Shown here in pieces: positions 35,005 through 43,017 of a stretch of 47,968 nt of DNA (the first letter of the stretch is position 1; every line of letters starts with the position of its first letter). The notes under the pieces were generated by a model. The model was not told the origin of the DNA and searched no databases. It saw only the letters and a list, made by a program, of their open reading frames with translations. The stretch comes from an uncultured Desulfobacterales bacterium (GTDB lineage: Bacteria; Myxococcota_A; UBA9160; JAFDET01): NCBI GenBank assembly GCA_964194905.1, contig CAXMOD010000073.1, forward strand, positions 1 through 47,968, given 5' to 3'. A program made the translations under genes and the position numbers.

Positions 35005-36228
35005 ATGCAAGGCGTGATGGACGGAGTCAAGGTGCTCGAGGTGGCCCAGTGGTGGTTCGTGCCGGCAGCGGGCGCGGTGCTCGCCGACTGGGGCGCCGAC
35101 GTGATCAAGATCGAACACCCCGTGATGGGCGACGGCCAGCGCGGTCTGGCTGCGTTCGGGTTCAAGTCCACCGAAGGCAACGTGGACTTCATGATGCAGC
35201 AGTCGAACCGCGGCAAGCGCAGCGTGGGCCTCGACATCGGAACGCCCGGCGGACTGGCCCTGCTCTACAAGATGGTCGAGCAGTGCGACGTCTTCCTCAC
35301 CAACTTCCTGCCCGACGCACGCGAGCGCCTGAAGATCGACGTCGAGGACATCCGCAAGGTCAACCCGAACATCGTCTACGTGCGCGGATCCGGGCAGGGA
35401 CCCAAGGGACCTCAGGCCGGCAAAGGCGGCTACGACGCCACGTCGTTCTGGTCGCGCGGCGGCGTCGCGCACTCGCTCACGCCGCCGGGCCTGGAGAATC
35501 CGGTCATGCAGCGCGCCGCGTTCGGCGATTCGATCGGGGCCATGACCGTCGCCGGGGGAATCGCCGCCGCGCTGTTCGGCCGCGAGCGCACCGGCCGCGC
35601 GCCGGTGGTGGACATCTCGCTTCTGAACACCGCCATGTGGGTGCTCGGTCCCGACATCGTGGCGAGCCCTCTGGTCAAGAAAGAGGGCGGCTTCATCCCG
35701 CGTTTCTCGCGCACGCAGGCGCCCAACCCGGTCGGCAACTCATACAAGACGAAGGACGACCGCTGGCTGCTACTGATGATGCTCCAGCCGGACAAGCACT
35801 TCGCCGACTTCTGCCAGCACGTGGGCCATGAGGAGTGGATCAGCGACGAACGCTTCGCTGCCGCGCCTCAACGCTTCCAGAACCGCGAGGCGCTGATCGA
35901 GATGCTCGACGAGATGTTCGCCCAGCACACGCTCGCCGCGTGGACCGAGAAGCTCGCCGACATCGAGGGTCCGTGGGCACCCATGCAGAGCGTGGACGAG
36001 ATCCACCACGACGTGCAGGTCGTCGCAAACGACTACCTGCGCGAGGTGGACGGTGCGGACAAGGGTCACTTCAAGCTGGTGGCGAGCCCGGTCCAGTTCG
36101 ACGAGGAGCCCATCGAAATCCGCGGCCCCAGTCCCGAGATGGGCCAGCACACCGAAGAAGTGCTGATGGAGATGGGCATCGACTGGGACGAGATCGCGCG
36201 CCTGAAGGAGGCCGGCGCGATCAACTGA
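35005..36228 (+). CDS. Family III CoA-transferase (CaiB/BaiF/Frc family), canonical domain order
   Basis: GVKVLEVAQWWFVPAAGAVLADWGADVIKIEHP..GD, NRGKRSVGLDI, and CDVFLTNFLP. GGGAGGG lies 7 nt upstream of ATG 35005. Confidence 0.85.
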   Translation: MQGVMDGVKVLEVAQWWFVPAAGAVLADWGADVIKIEHPVMGDGQRGLAAFGFKSTEGNVDFMMQQSNRGKRSVGLDIGTPGGLALLYKMVEQCDVFLTNFLPDARERLKIDVEDIRKVNPNIVYVRGSGQGPKGPQAGKGGYDATSFWSRGGVAHSLTPPGLENPVMQRAAFGDSIGAMTVAGGIAAALFGRERTGRAPVVDISLLNTAMWVLGPDIVASPLVKKEGGFIPRFSRTQAPNPVGNSYKTKDDRWLLLMMLQPDKHFADFCQHVGHEEWISDERFAAAPQRFQNREALIEMLDEMFAQHTLAAWTEKLADIEGPWAPMQSVDEIHHDVQVVANDYLREVDGADKGHFKLVASPVQFDEEPIEIRGPSPEMGQHTEEVLMEMGIDWDEIARLKEAGAIN

Positions 36229-36259
36229 GCGGAGCCGAAAGCGCCGGCCCGCGCCCGCG

Positions 36260-37261
36260 TCACTCCCCGTCGTGCAGGGCGTCCACCAGACCCCACTCGA
36301 GGGCACGCTCGGCATCGAGGCGCGCGCCCGAGAGCGCGAGCCATGCGGTGCGTTGGCGGCCGATGCGGCCCGGCAAGCTGGCTGTGCCGCCGGCGCCGGG
36401 CACCAGGCCCATGGCAACCTCGGGGAGCTGGAACCAGGCGTCGCGGCGCGCCAGCAGCCTCGCGGCGAAGGCAGGGAGCTCCACCCCGGCACCGACGCAC
36501 GCCCCGTGCACACGCACCTCCACCCGCTCGGCGATCCGCGCCAGCAAGCGCCCGGCGTTGCGCGCGCTGCGCACGGCATGGGCCGTGGCTGGATCGGGGC
36601 GCGTGCCGAATTCGTCCAGGTCGCCACCTGCGCTGAAGCAGGGGCCCGCGCCCTGCAGGAGCACCCGCTCGATCCCCGGGTCGCTCTCGGCCACGGCCAG
36701 CGCTTCGCACAACGAGTCGCGCATCTCCGCGGAGTACGCGTTGCGGCGCTCGGGACGATCCAGGGTCAGGTGCAGCGTGGCGCCGTCGCGCTCCGCGAGA
36801 ACCGCGGGCCTTTCGCCCACGGGCGGCGCCGGGCGCGGGCCACGCTCCGCGAGCCAGGCGGCGAACTCGGGCCCCGCCTGGAGCGTGGAGTAGACCAGCG
36901 ACTCGGCCACCAGCGCCTCGTGCACACCGAGGCGCTGCGAGTGGCGAAGTAGCTGCACCAGCGCAGCGGCGGCCTGGGGATTGCGCTTCGTCGCCTCCAC
37001 TACCGGCGCGAGCTCCGCTTCCGACGTGCAGTGCACGTCGAAGGCGTCGAGCAGCACAGCACCGGCCGCCGACGCCGCGTCGGCGCGCCACGCCACGCAC
37101 GGGCACGCAAGCTCCGCGAGACGCTCCGCAGGGGCGAGGTCGTCGCAGCCCGTGGAAACGTCGACCAGCAGGATCGGCTCGGCCAGGGCCGAGAAGCGTT
37201 CCGTCGCGCTCGGGTCGCGCAGCGCGTCGAGGGCGTCGGCAAGCGGAAGCGGGGCGCTCAC
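36260..37261 (-). CDS. Enoyl-CoA hydratase/isomerase (crotonase) family protein with atypical domain order
   Basis: The core is LTLDRPERRNA...GAGPCFSAGGDLDEF...VHGACVGAGVEL...MGLVPGAGGT. GTG 37261 overlaps the upstream stop (GTGA). The N-terminal 130 aa carry crotonase C-terminal-helix-like sequence (ESLVYSTLQAGPEFAAWLAER). Confidence 0.75.
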   Translation of the reverse strand: MSAPLPLADALDALRDPSATERFSALAEPILLVDVSTGCDDLAPAERLAELACPCVAWRADAASAAGAVLLDAFDVHCTSEAELAPVVEATKRNPQAAAALVQLLRHSQRLGVHEALVAESLVYSTLQAGPEFAAWLAERGPRPAPPVGERPAVLAERDGATLHLTLDRPERRNAYSAEMRDSLCEALAVAESDPGIERVLLQGAGPCFSAGGDLDEFGTRPDPATAHAVRSARNAGRLLARIAERVEVRVHGACVGAGVELPAFAARLLARRDAWFQLPEVAMGLVPGAGGTASLPGRIGRQRTAWLALSGARLDAERALEWGLVDALHDGE

Positions 37262-38739
37262 GTGCTCGCCGCAAGCTGCTCGCGCACCACGCGGCGCAGG
37301 AGCTTGCCGGTCTCGTTGTAGGGAAGCTCGTCGCGGAACTCGATGCGCTCGGGCACGCGCGACGAGCGCAGCCGCTCGCGCACCCACTCTCGCAGCTGGT
37401 CGCGCAGCTCGTCGCGCTGGGCGTTCGGATCCACTTCGTGGCGCGGGACCACAACGGCAGCCACCGCCTCGCCCCACTGTTCGTCGGGTACGCCGATCAC
37501 CGCGCAGTCTGCGACGGCTGGATGCGCGAGCAGCACGTCCTCGATCTCGCCCGGTGACATGTTCTCGCCACCGCGCACGATCACGTCGTCGATGCGACCG
37601 TCGAGGAAGAGGTAGCCCGCCTCATCGAGGCTTCCGGCGTCGCGAGTGGGGAAGAAGCCGTCTGCCAGGAGTTGACTTCCGCCGCCCAGGTATTCGCCGG
37701 ACACCTGCTCGCCGCGTACGTGAATCTCGCCGCGCGCGCCGCAGGGCGCGGGCTTTCCGTCCTCGTCGCGGATCTCCACCTCCACCAGCGGGAGCGGCTG
37801 GCCGACCGACACCAGCCGGCGGCGCAGCGCCGGATCCTCGCTCGCGGCGGCCTCGCGGTGGTCGTCGGGGGTGAGCACGGAGATCGTGCTGCTCGTCTCC
37901 GTCAGGCCGTAGGCGTTGGTGAAGTCCGTGTTCGGCAAGAGGCGCATGGCCCGTTCGATCACCGGCTGCGGCATCTTGCCGCCGCCGTAGGCCAGCGCGC
38001 GCAGGCGGGGCAGCTCGGCGTCCCGCGCATCGCCGAGCGCGTCGATGATGCGCGCCAGCATCGTCGGCACGACGAAGGCATGCGTAACGGCTTCGTTGCG
38101 CGCCAGGTGCAGCCAGGCGTCCGCATCGAAGGCCGGGAGCTGCACGAGACGCCGGCCCGCGTAGACCGACGACAAGATCGAGGCGATGCCCGCGATGTGG
38201 TAGGGCGGCACCGACACCAACGTGGCCTCGTCCTCGCCCGCGGCGCCGAACTCGACCGAGCCGAGGATGTAGGAGACCAGGTGCTGGTGGCGCAGCAGCG
38301 CCGCCTTGGGGGGGCCGGTGGTGCCGCTGGTGAAGAGCAGCACCGCGATCTCGTCAGGGTCCATGCCCCACTCGGCCTGCGTCGTCTCGGCGTCACCCAG
38401 GGCATGAAGCAGGAAGTTGCGTCGCCCTTCCGCGCCGCGCACCAGGTGGGCAGGCTCCACGCGCGCGAGCAGTGCGTCCAGCTCTCCGGCGGCAAGCCGG
38501 TAGTTGAGGGGCACGAAGGGCATGCCGGCCCAGCTGCTGGCAAAGAGCAGCACCGGAAGCGCCGGGCTCGACTCGTCCAGCAGAGCCGCGTGGCGGGCAC
38601 CGGAATCGCGAAGCAACGCGGCACCACGCCCGGCCGCGGCGAAGAGCTCCGCGTAGGTCAGGCGCTCGCCGCCGCTCACGAGCGCCACGCGGTCGCCGTG
38701 ACCCGACCGGGCCATATCGAGCAACATCATCACGTTCAT
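37258..38739 (-). CDS. Acyl-CoA synthetase / AMP-dependent ligase (ANL superfamily)
   Basis: AMP-binding motifs LLFTSGTTGPPKAA, YGLTETS, PTRDAG and GENMSPGEIE, with a C-terminal ETGKLLRR. ATG at 38739. Confidence 0.85.
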   Translation of the reverse strand: MNVMMLLDMARSGHGDRVALVSGGERLTYAELFAAAGRGAALLRDSGARHAALLDESSPALPVLLFASSWAGMPFVPLNYRLAAGELDALLARVEPAHLVRGAEGRRNFLLHALGDAETTQAEWGMDPDEIAVLLFTSGTTGPPKAALLRHQHLVSYILGSVEFGAAGEDEATLVSVPPYHIAGIASILSSVYAGRRLVQLPAFDADAWLHLARNEAVTHAFVVPTMLARIIDALGDARDAELPRLRALAYGGGKMPQPVIERAMRLLPNTDFTNAYGLTETSSTISVLTPDDHREAAASEDPALRRRLVSVGQPLPLVEVEIRDEDGKPAPCGARGEIHVRGEQVSGEYLGGGSQLLADGFFPTRDAGSLDEAGYLFLDGRIDDVIVRGGENMSPGEIEDVLLAHPAVADCAVIGVPDEQWGEAVAAVVVPRHEVDPNAQRDELRDQLREWVRERLRSSRVPERIEFRDELPYNETGKLLRRVVREQLAAST

Positions 38740-38746
38740 CGCGAAC

Positions 38747-39058
38747 TCAGTCGGAAGCGGGGAGCGGCTTTGCGCCCTTGATCGTGAGCGCCGCTCCGGC
38801 CGCCGAGAGCGACCCGTCTCCGGGCTTCGTGCACAGCACCTCGAAGGTTCCGGCCTCGTCGACGTAACGCTTGCCGAGCTGCGTGCCGCCGGCGAAGTCG
38901 GGTGAGGGGGGATCGCCTGTCGGCTCGGCGCCGACGTCGAGCATGGGCGCACCGCCGCAGGAGAGCTCCACCTCCGCGTCCTTGGGCACCGCGACCACCA
39001 TCACTTCGGTGGCGCAGACCGCACTGCGCAGGCGGGCTCCGGGCTTGATCTGAGGCAT
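38747..39058 (-). CDS. Small conserved-looking hypothetical protein (103 aa) heading the ACS-crotonase operon
   Basis: ATG with GGAG 8 nt upstream and high GC3. ...LGKRYVDEAGTFEVLCTKPGDGSL...KGAKPLPASD. No family name recognised. Confidence 0.55.
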   Translation of the reverse strand: MPQIKPGARLRSAVCATEVMVVAVPKDAEVELSCGGAPMLDVGAEPTGDPPSPDFAGGTQLGKRYVDEAGTFEVLCTKPGDGSLSAAGAALTIKGAKPLPASD

Positions 39059-39066
39059 TTCCCACG

Positions 39067-39117
39067 CTCCGTCGGTGCTAGTTTCCCTGATCCTGGCGTT
39101 GAACGAAAGCGACGGAG
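39067..39117. promoter_or_regulatory. 8-bp perfect inverted repeat whose two arms carry the SD sequences of the two divergent genes
   Basis: CTCCGTCG (39067-39074) and CGACGGAG (39110-39117). Read on each coding strand, this gives CGACGGAG 7-8 nt upstream of the start codon. Confidence 0.35.
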
Positions 39118-39124
39118 GACGAAA

Positions 39125-40375
39125 GTGACCGGACCGGCCCTCGATCCCCAGCTCGCGTGGGCCCTCTCGGGTGCGATGGCGCTCTCGGGGTACGCGCGCG
39201 GGACGCCGCGTCTCGCGCCGGGACCGCTCGCCACGTTCGCGCGCGACGAGGTCGAGGCGCTCGCCAGGGCTTCCGGATCCGCTCGGCTGCGCGCGTTGGA
39301 CGGCGCGGCTCTGCTCGGCGAGCGCGCGGCAACTGCGGGCCTGCGGCGTCGCGGACGCACATCGCCCGGCGGAAGCTGCCGGCTGCTCCGCACCAACGAT
39401 GGCTGGCTGGCGCTCAACCTGGCACGCGCCGACGACGTCGCGCTGCTGCCCGCTTGGCTCGCTTCGGAACCCGACGTCTTCGCGCGCGAGCCGTGGCCGG
39501 CGGTGGAGGAGCGCTGCCTGGACGCCGACAGCGACGATCTCGTGGAGCGCGGGGGCCTGCTCGGCCTTCCCGTTGCACACGCGGCGTCGCCCCTGCGCCT
39601 CTGCCCAGAGGCCCATGGCATCGCGGCCCGCGGTACGAGCCGCGAGCCCCGCACACAGCCGCTCGTGCTCGATCTCTCGTCGCTGTGGGCCGGCCCCCTG
39701 TGTACGCACCTGCTCCAGCTCGCGGGAGCACGGGTGATCAAGGTGGAGAGCCCCTCCCGCCCCGACGGCGCGCGTCGCGGTCCCCGTGCCTTCTTCGACC
39801 TGCTCAACGCAGGCAAACGCAGCGTGGCGCTCGACCTGGGCGGCGCGGAAGGACGCGCCGCGCTGCGGCAGCTGATCGAGCAGGCCGACATCGTGGTCGA
39901 GAATTCACGGCCGCGTGCGCTCCAGCACATGGACATCTCCGCCGAGCGCAGCGTCGCGGAAATCCCCGGCCTCGTGTGGGTCTCCATCACCGGCTACGGC
40001 CGCGCCTGCGACCGGGTGGCGTTCGGAGACGATGCGGCCTGCGCGGCGGGTCTGGCGGGCGCGGTGGGCGACGCCGCTGGGCCGCTCTTCTGCGGCGACG
40101 CCATCGCCGATCCGCTCACGGGAATCCACGCCGGGCGCAGCGCCTGGGAGGCGCACCGCGCGGGGGGCGGGGTTCTTCTCGACATCGCGCTGCGCGACGT
40201 CGCCGCGTTCGCTTCCGCCGGCGCCGCGGGCGAAGCCCGGGTGGTGCGCCGCGAAGGCACGCTCGCCGTGGAGAGCGCGAGCGGCTGTGCACCTGTGGCG
40301 CCTCCGCGGCGGCGCGCGCTCCGTGCAGCAGCGCGTTCCCTGGGCGCCGACACGCACGCGGTGCTCGCATGTTGA
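39125..40375 (+). CDS. Family III CoA-transferase-like protein with apparently permuted domain order
   Basis: The N-terminal signature of the family (LVLDLSSLWAGPLCTHLLQLAGARVIKVESPSRPDGAR, NAGKRSVALDL, ADIVVENSRP, VSITGYG) begins only at about residue 190. Residues 1-190 resemble the small/C-terminal domain (DGWLALNLAR...LLPAWL...GLPVA). GTG start with GGAGGA upstream. Confidence 0.7.
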   Translation: MTGPALDPQLAWALSGAMALSGYARGTPRLAPGPLATFARDEVEALARASGSARLRALDGAALLGERAATAGLRRRGRTSPGGSCRLLRTNDGWLALNLARADDVALLPAWLASEPDVFAREPWPAVEERCLDADSDDLVERGGLLGLPVAHAASPLRLCPEAHGIAARGTSREPRTQPLVLDLSSLWAGPLCTHLLQLAGARVIKVESPSRPDGARRGPRAFFDLLNAGKRSVALDLGGAEGRAALRQLIEQADIVVENSRPRALQHMDISAERSVAEIPGLVWVSITGYGRACDRVAFGDDAACAAGLAGAVGDAAGPLFCGDAIADPLTGIHAGRSAWEAHRAGGGVLLDIALRDVAAFASAGAAGEARVVRREGTLAVESASGCAPVAPPRRRALRAAARSLGADTHAVLAC

Positions 40376-41706
40376 TCACCGATGTCGAGGTCGCCGGGTG
40401 CAGTGTCGATGTGCGCCTCGCCGCGGGTCGCGTCGCCGAGATGGCCTCGTCTCTGACGTCGCGGCCCGGCGAACGAACCCTCGAGGCGCGGGGAGGCGTG
40501 CTCCTTCCCGGCCTGCACGATCATCACATCCACCTCCTGTCGCTCGCAGCGGCGCTCCGCTCGGTGCGCTGCGGCCCGCCGCACGTGCACACGCGCGCCG
40601 AGCTTTCCGTGGCCCTGCGCGCCGCGCCGGGCGACGGCTGGCTGCGCGGCGTGGGCTATCACGAGTCGGTCGCGGGCGAGCTTGCGCGCGCCGATCTCGA
40701 CGCGTGGGTGGGCGACCGGCCGGCGCGGATCCAGCACCGCACTGGACGCTTGTGGATCCTCTCGTCGGCGGCCTGCCGCGAGCTGGGGATCGAGCGCGGC
40801 GACGGCCGGCTCTTCGACGCCGACGCCCGGGTCCGCCGGCGTCTGCGCGATCTCGATCCGCCGGATCTCTCGCCGGTAGGCGCCCTCCTCGCGCGATGCG
40901 GCATCACCGGGGTCACGGACGCCACGGCCCGGAACGGCCCCGAAGAGCAGGCGCTGCTGCTCCGCGGCGCGCAGAACGACACGCTGCCCCAGTGCCTGCG
41001 CATGATGGGCCGCGAGGCTCTCCCGGAGCATCCCACGCGCGCTGAGCTGAAGATCGTCCTGCACGAAGACGCGCTGCCCCCTCTCGAAGACCTCGTCGCG
41101 CGCGTGGCACGCTCCCACGCGAGCGGCCGCGCCGCGGCCTTCCACTGCGTGACCCGCACGGAGCTGGTCTTCGCGACCTCCGCCGTGGCGTCGGCGGGCG
41201 TGCCGCGCGGAGATCGCATCGAGCACGCGTCGGTCGCGCCACCGGAGCTCGTGAAGCCCCTCGCCGAGCTCGGCATCGCCGTCGTGACACAGCCGGGCTT
41301 CGTGGCCGAGCGCGGCGACGCCTACCTCGTAGACGTGGAGCCGCGCGACCGGCGCTGGCTCTACCGCGGGCGCGGCTTCCTCGACGCCGGAGTGGCCCTC
41401 GGCGGCGGAACCGACGCTCCCTTCGGCGAGCCGGACCCGTGGCGTGCGATGCGTGCGGCGGTCGAGCGCCGCACCGACGGCGGCGCCGCGCTCGAACCCG
41501 ACGAGGCACTGACGCCCGAGGAGGCGCTGGCGCTCTTCACCACCCGCGCCGACGCGCCCGGCGGTGCGCCGCGCCGGGTTGCGCCGGGTGAGCGGGCAGA
41601 TCTCTGCCTGCTGGACCGCCCCTGGGTCGAGGCGCGCGAACGCCTGCGCGCCGACGACGTGCACGCCACATGGTGTGCCGGCCGTCTGGCCTACCGTGCG
41701 CCGTAG
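40369..41706 (+). CDS. Metal-dependent amidohydrolase (Amidohydro_3 / YtcJ-like)
   Basis: LLPGLHDHHIHLL metal-binding motif, a later HC.T and a C-terminal GGTDAPF. The ATG at 40369 overlaps the upstream gene by 7 nt. Confidence 0.8.
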   Translation: MLITDVEVAGCSVDVRLAAGRVAEMASSLTSRPGERTLEARGGVLLPGLHDHHIHLLSLAAALRSVRCGPPHVHTRAELSVALRAAPGDGWLRGVGYHESVAGELARADLDAWVGDRPARIQHRTGRLWILSSAACRELGIERGDGRLFDADARVRRRLRDLDPPDLSPVGALLARCGITGVTDATARNGPEEQALLLRGAQNDTLPQCLRMMGREALPEHPTRAELKIVLHEDALPPLEDLVARVARSHASGRAAAFHCVTRTELVFATSAVASAGVPRGDRIEHASVAPPELVKPLAELGIAVVTQPGFVAERGDAYLVDVEPRDRRWLYRGRGFLDAGVALGGGTDAPFGEPDPWRAMRAAVERRTDGGAALEPDEALTPEEALALFTTRADAPGGAPRRVAPGERADLCLLDRPWVEARERLRADDVHATWCAGRLAYRAP

Positions 41707-41807
41707 CCTCTGGGCTCTCCTCGGCTACGCGCGCAGGATCTCCTCGAAGCGTATAGTGATCATGCCACCATATTCAAGAAAGCTTATTAACTTCTGATAG
41801 TTAGAGA

Positions 41808-43010
41808 TTATCCACGCGGCAGGCCCAGGACGCGCTGGGCGATGATGTTGCGCTGGATCTCGGAGGTGCCACCCGCGATGGTGTTGGAGAAGGTGTGCAG
41901 GTAGCGCTTGGCCCAGGGCGGCTCGCGCTCGTCCATCATCCCCCAGCCCGCCCAATCCACGTCCAGGGCGTCGGCCCCCTGCGCTTCCAGGGCCAGCAGC
42001 GTCAGGCGCTGCACGATCTCGCTGCCGAAGAGCTTCAGCACCGAGTGCTCGGGCGACGCCTCGCCGCGCGCGAACTTGGCGAAGCCCTCGTAGCCGAGGA
42101 ACTTGAGCGCCTGGCTGTCGACGTAGAGGGCGGCGTACGCGTCGCGGAAGACCGGATCGGCGCCGAAGCGGGTGCCGTCGGGACGCTCGCTGCGGCCGAG
42201 CTCGGCCAACCGCTCCAGCTCCGTTTCGAGGTGGGCCGCCTGGCTGGTCCAGAGCATGCCCCGCTCGTGGGCGAGGGAGCCCGTCGCCATGGACCAGCCC
42301 TGGTTGAGGACACCCACCAGGTTCTCGCGCGGCACACGGGCGCCGTCGAAGAACACCTCGTTGAAGTCGGCCCGCTCGGGGTCGGTGAGCTCCGGCATGG
42401 GGCGCACCTCGATCCCGGGACTCTGCATGTCCACGACGAGCACGCTGATGCCGCGATGCTTGGGAGCCTGGGGATCCGTGCGCACGAAGCAGAAGCAGTA
42501 GTCCGCGTGGGCGGCTCCCGAGGTCCAGACCTTCTGGCCGTCCACCACGAAGACGTCACCGCGCAGCTGCGCGCGAGTCTGGAGCCCCGCCAGGTCGCTC
42601 CCCGCGCCGGGTTCGCTCATGCCGAGACACCAGGAGATCTCGGCGCGCAGCGACGGAACCACGAAGCGCTCCTTCTGGGCGTCGCTCCCGTAGTCCCGGA
42701 TGGAGGGCACGATGATGGTGAGGCCCTGCGGGTTGTAGCTCCGCATCACCGGCACGCGCGCCATCTCTTCGAAGTAGACGAGCTGCTGCACGGGCGTGGC
42801 GTCGCGCCCGCCGAGCTCGCGCGGCCAGCCGGGCACGAGCCAGCCCGCATCGAAGAGGCGCCGCTGCCATTCGCGCGCCCACTCCGGCATGTCGGCCGAG
42901 GAGCGCGAGGGCTCTCCGCGCACCGTCTCCCGGTCGGGCTGGTTGCCCTCGAGCCAGCTGCGCAGCTCGGCGCGGAACTCCTCGGTGGCGGCGTCGTAGT
43001 GCAGCTTCAT
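41808..43010 (-). CDS. Acyl-CoA dehydrogenase (FadE-like)
   Basis: ACAD N/M/C domain pattern: CLGMSEPGAGSDL, VDGQKVWTSGA, and IAGGTSEIQRNIIAQRVLGLPR. Confidence 0.85.
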   Translation of the reverse strand: MKLHYDAATEEFRAELRSWLEGNQPDRETVRGEPSRSSADMPEWAREWQRRLFDAGWLVPGWPRELGGRDATPVQQLVYFEEMARVPVMRSYNPQGLTIIVPSIRDYGSDAQKERFVVPSLRAEISWCLGMSEPGAGSDLAGLQTRAQLRGDVFVVDGQKVWTSGAAHADYCFCFVRTDPQAPKHRGISVLVVDMQSPGIEVRPMPELTDPERADFNEVFFDGARVPRENLVGVLNQGWSMATGSLAHERGMLWTSQAAHLETELERLAELGRSERPDGTRFGADPVFRDAYAALYVDSQALKFLGYEGFAKFARGEASPEHSVLKLFGSEIVQRLTLLALEAQGADALDVDWAGWGMMDEREPPWAKRYLHTFSNTIAGGTSEIQRNIIAQRVLGLPRG

Positions 43011-43017
43011 GCTCGGC

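Noticed and set aside
41746-41780. Possible dif (XerC/D) site in the AT-rich convergent gap
   Set aside because: Hand alignment to the GGTGCGCATAA-TGTATA-TTATGTTAAAT consensus gives only about 7/11 for one arm. The centre is poor and the second arm shows essentially no match.
41762-41797. 11-codon micro-ORF (MPPYSRKLINF) inside the AT-rich island
   Set aside because: It has no SD, its codon usage is unlike the genome, and it is too short to support without expression data.
41808-41815. Perfect DnaA-box core TTATCCAC
   Set aside because: It is a single copy. It coincides with the last codons and the stop of the ACAD gene (CCG CGT GGA TAA on the minus strand). It lies 16 kb from dnaA with no companion boxes.
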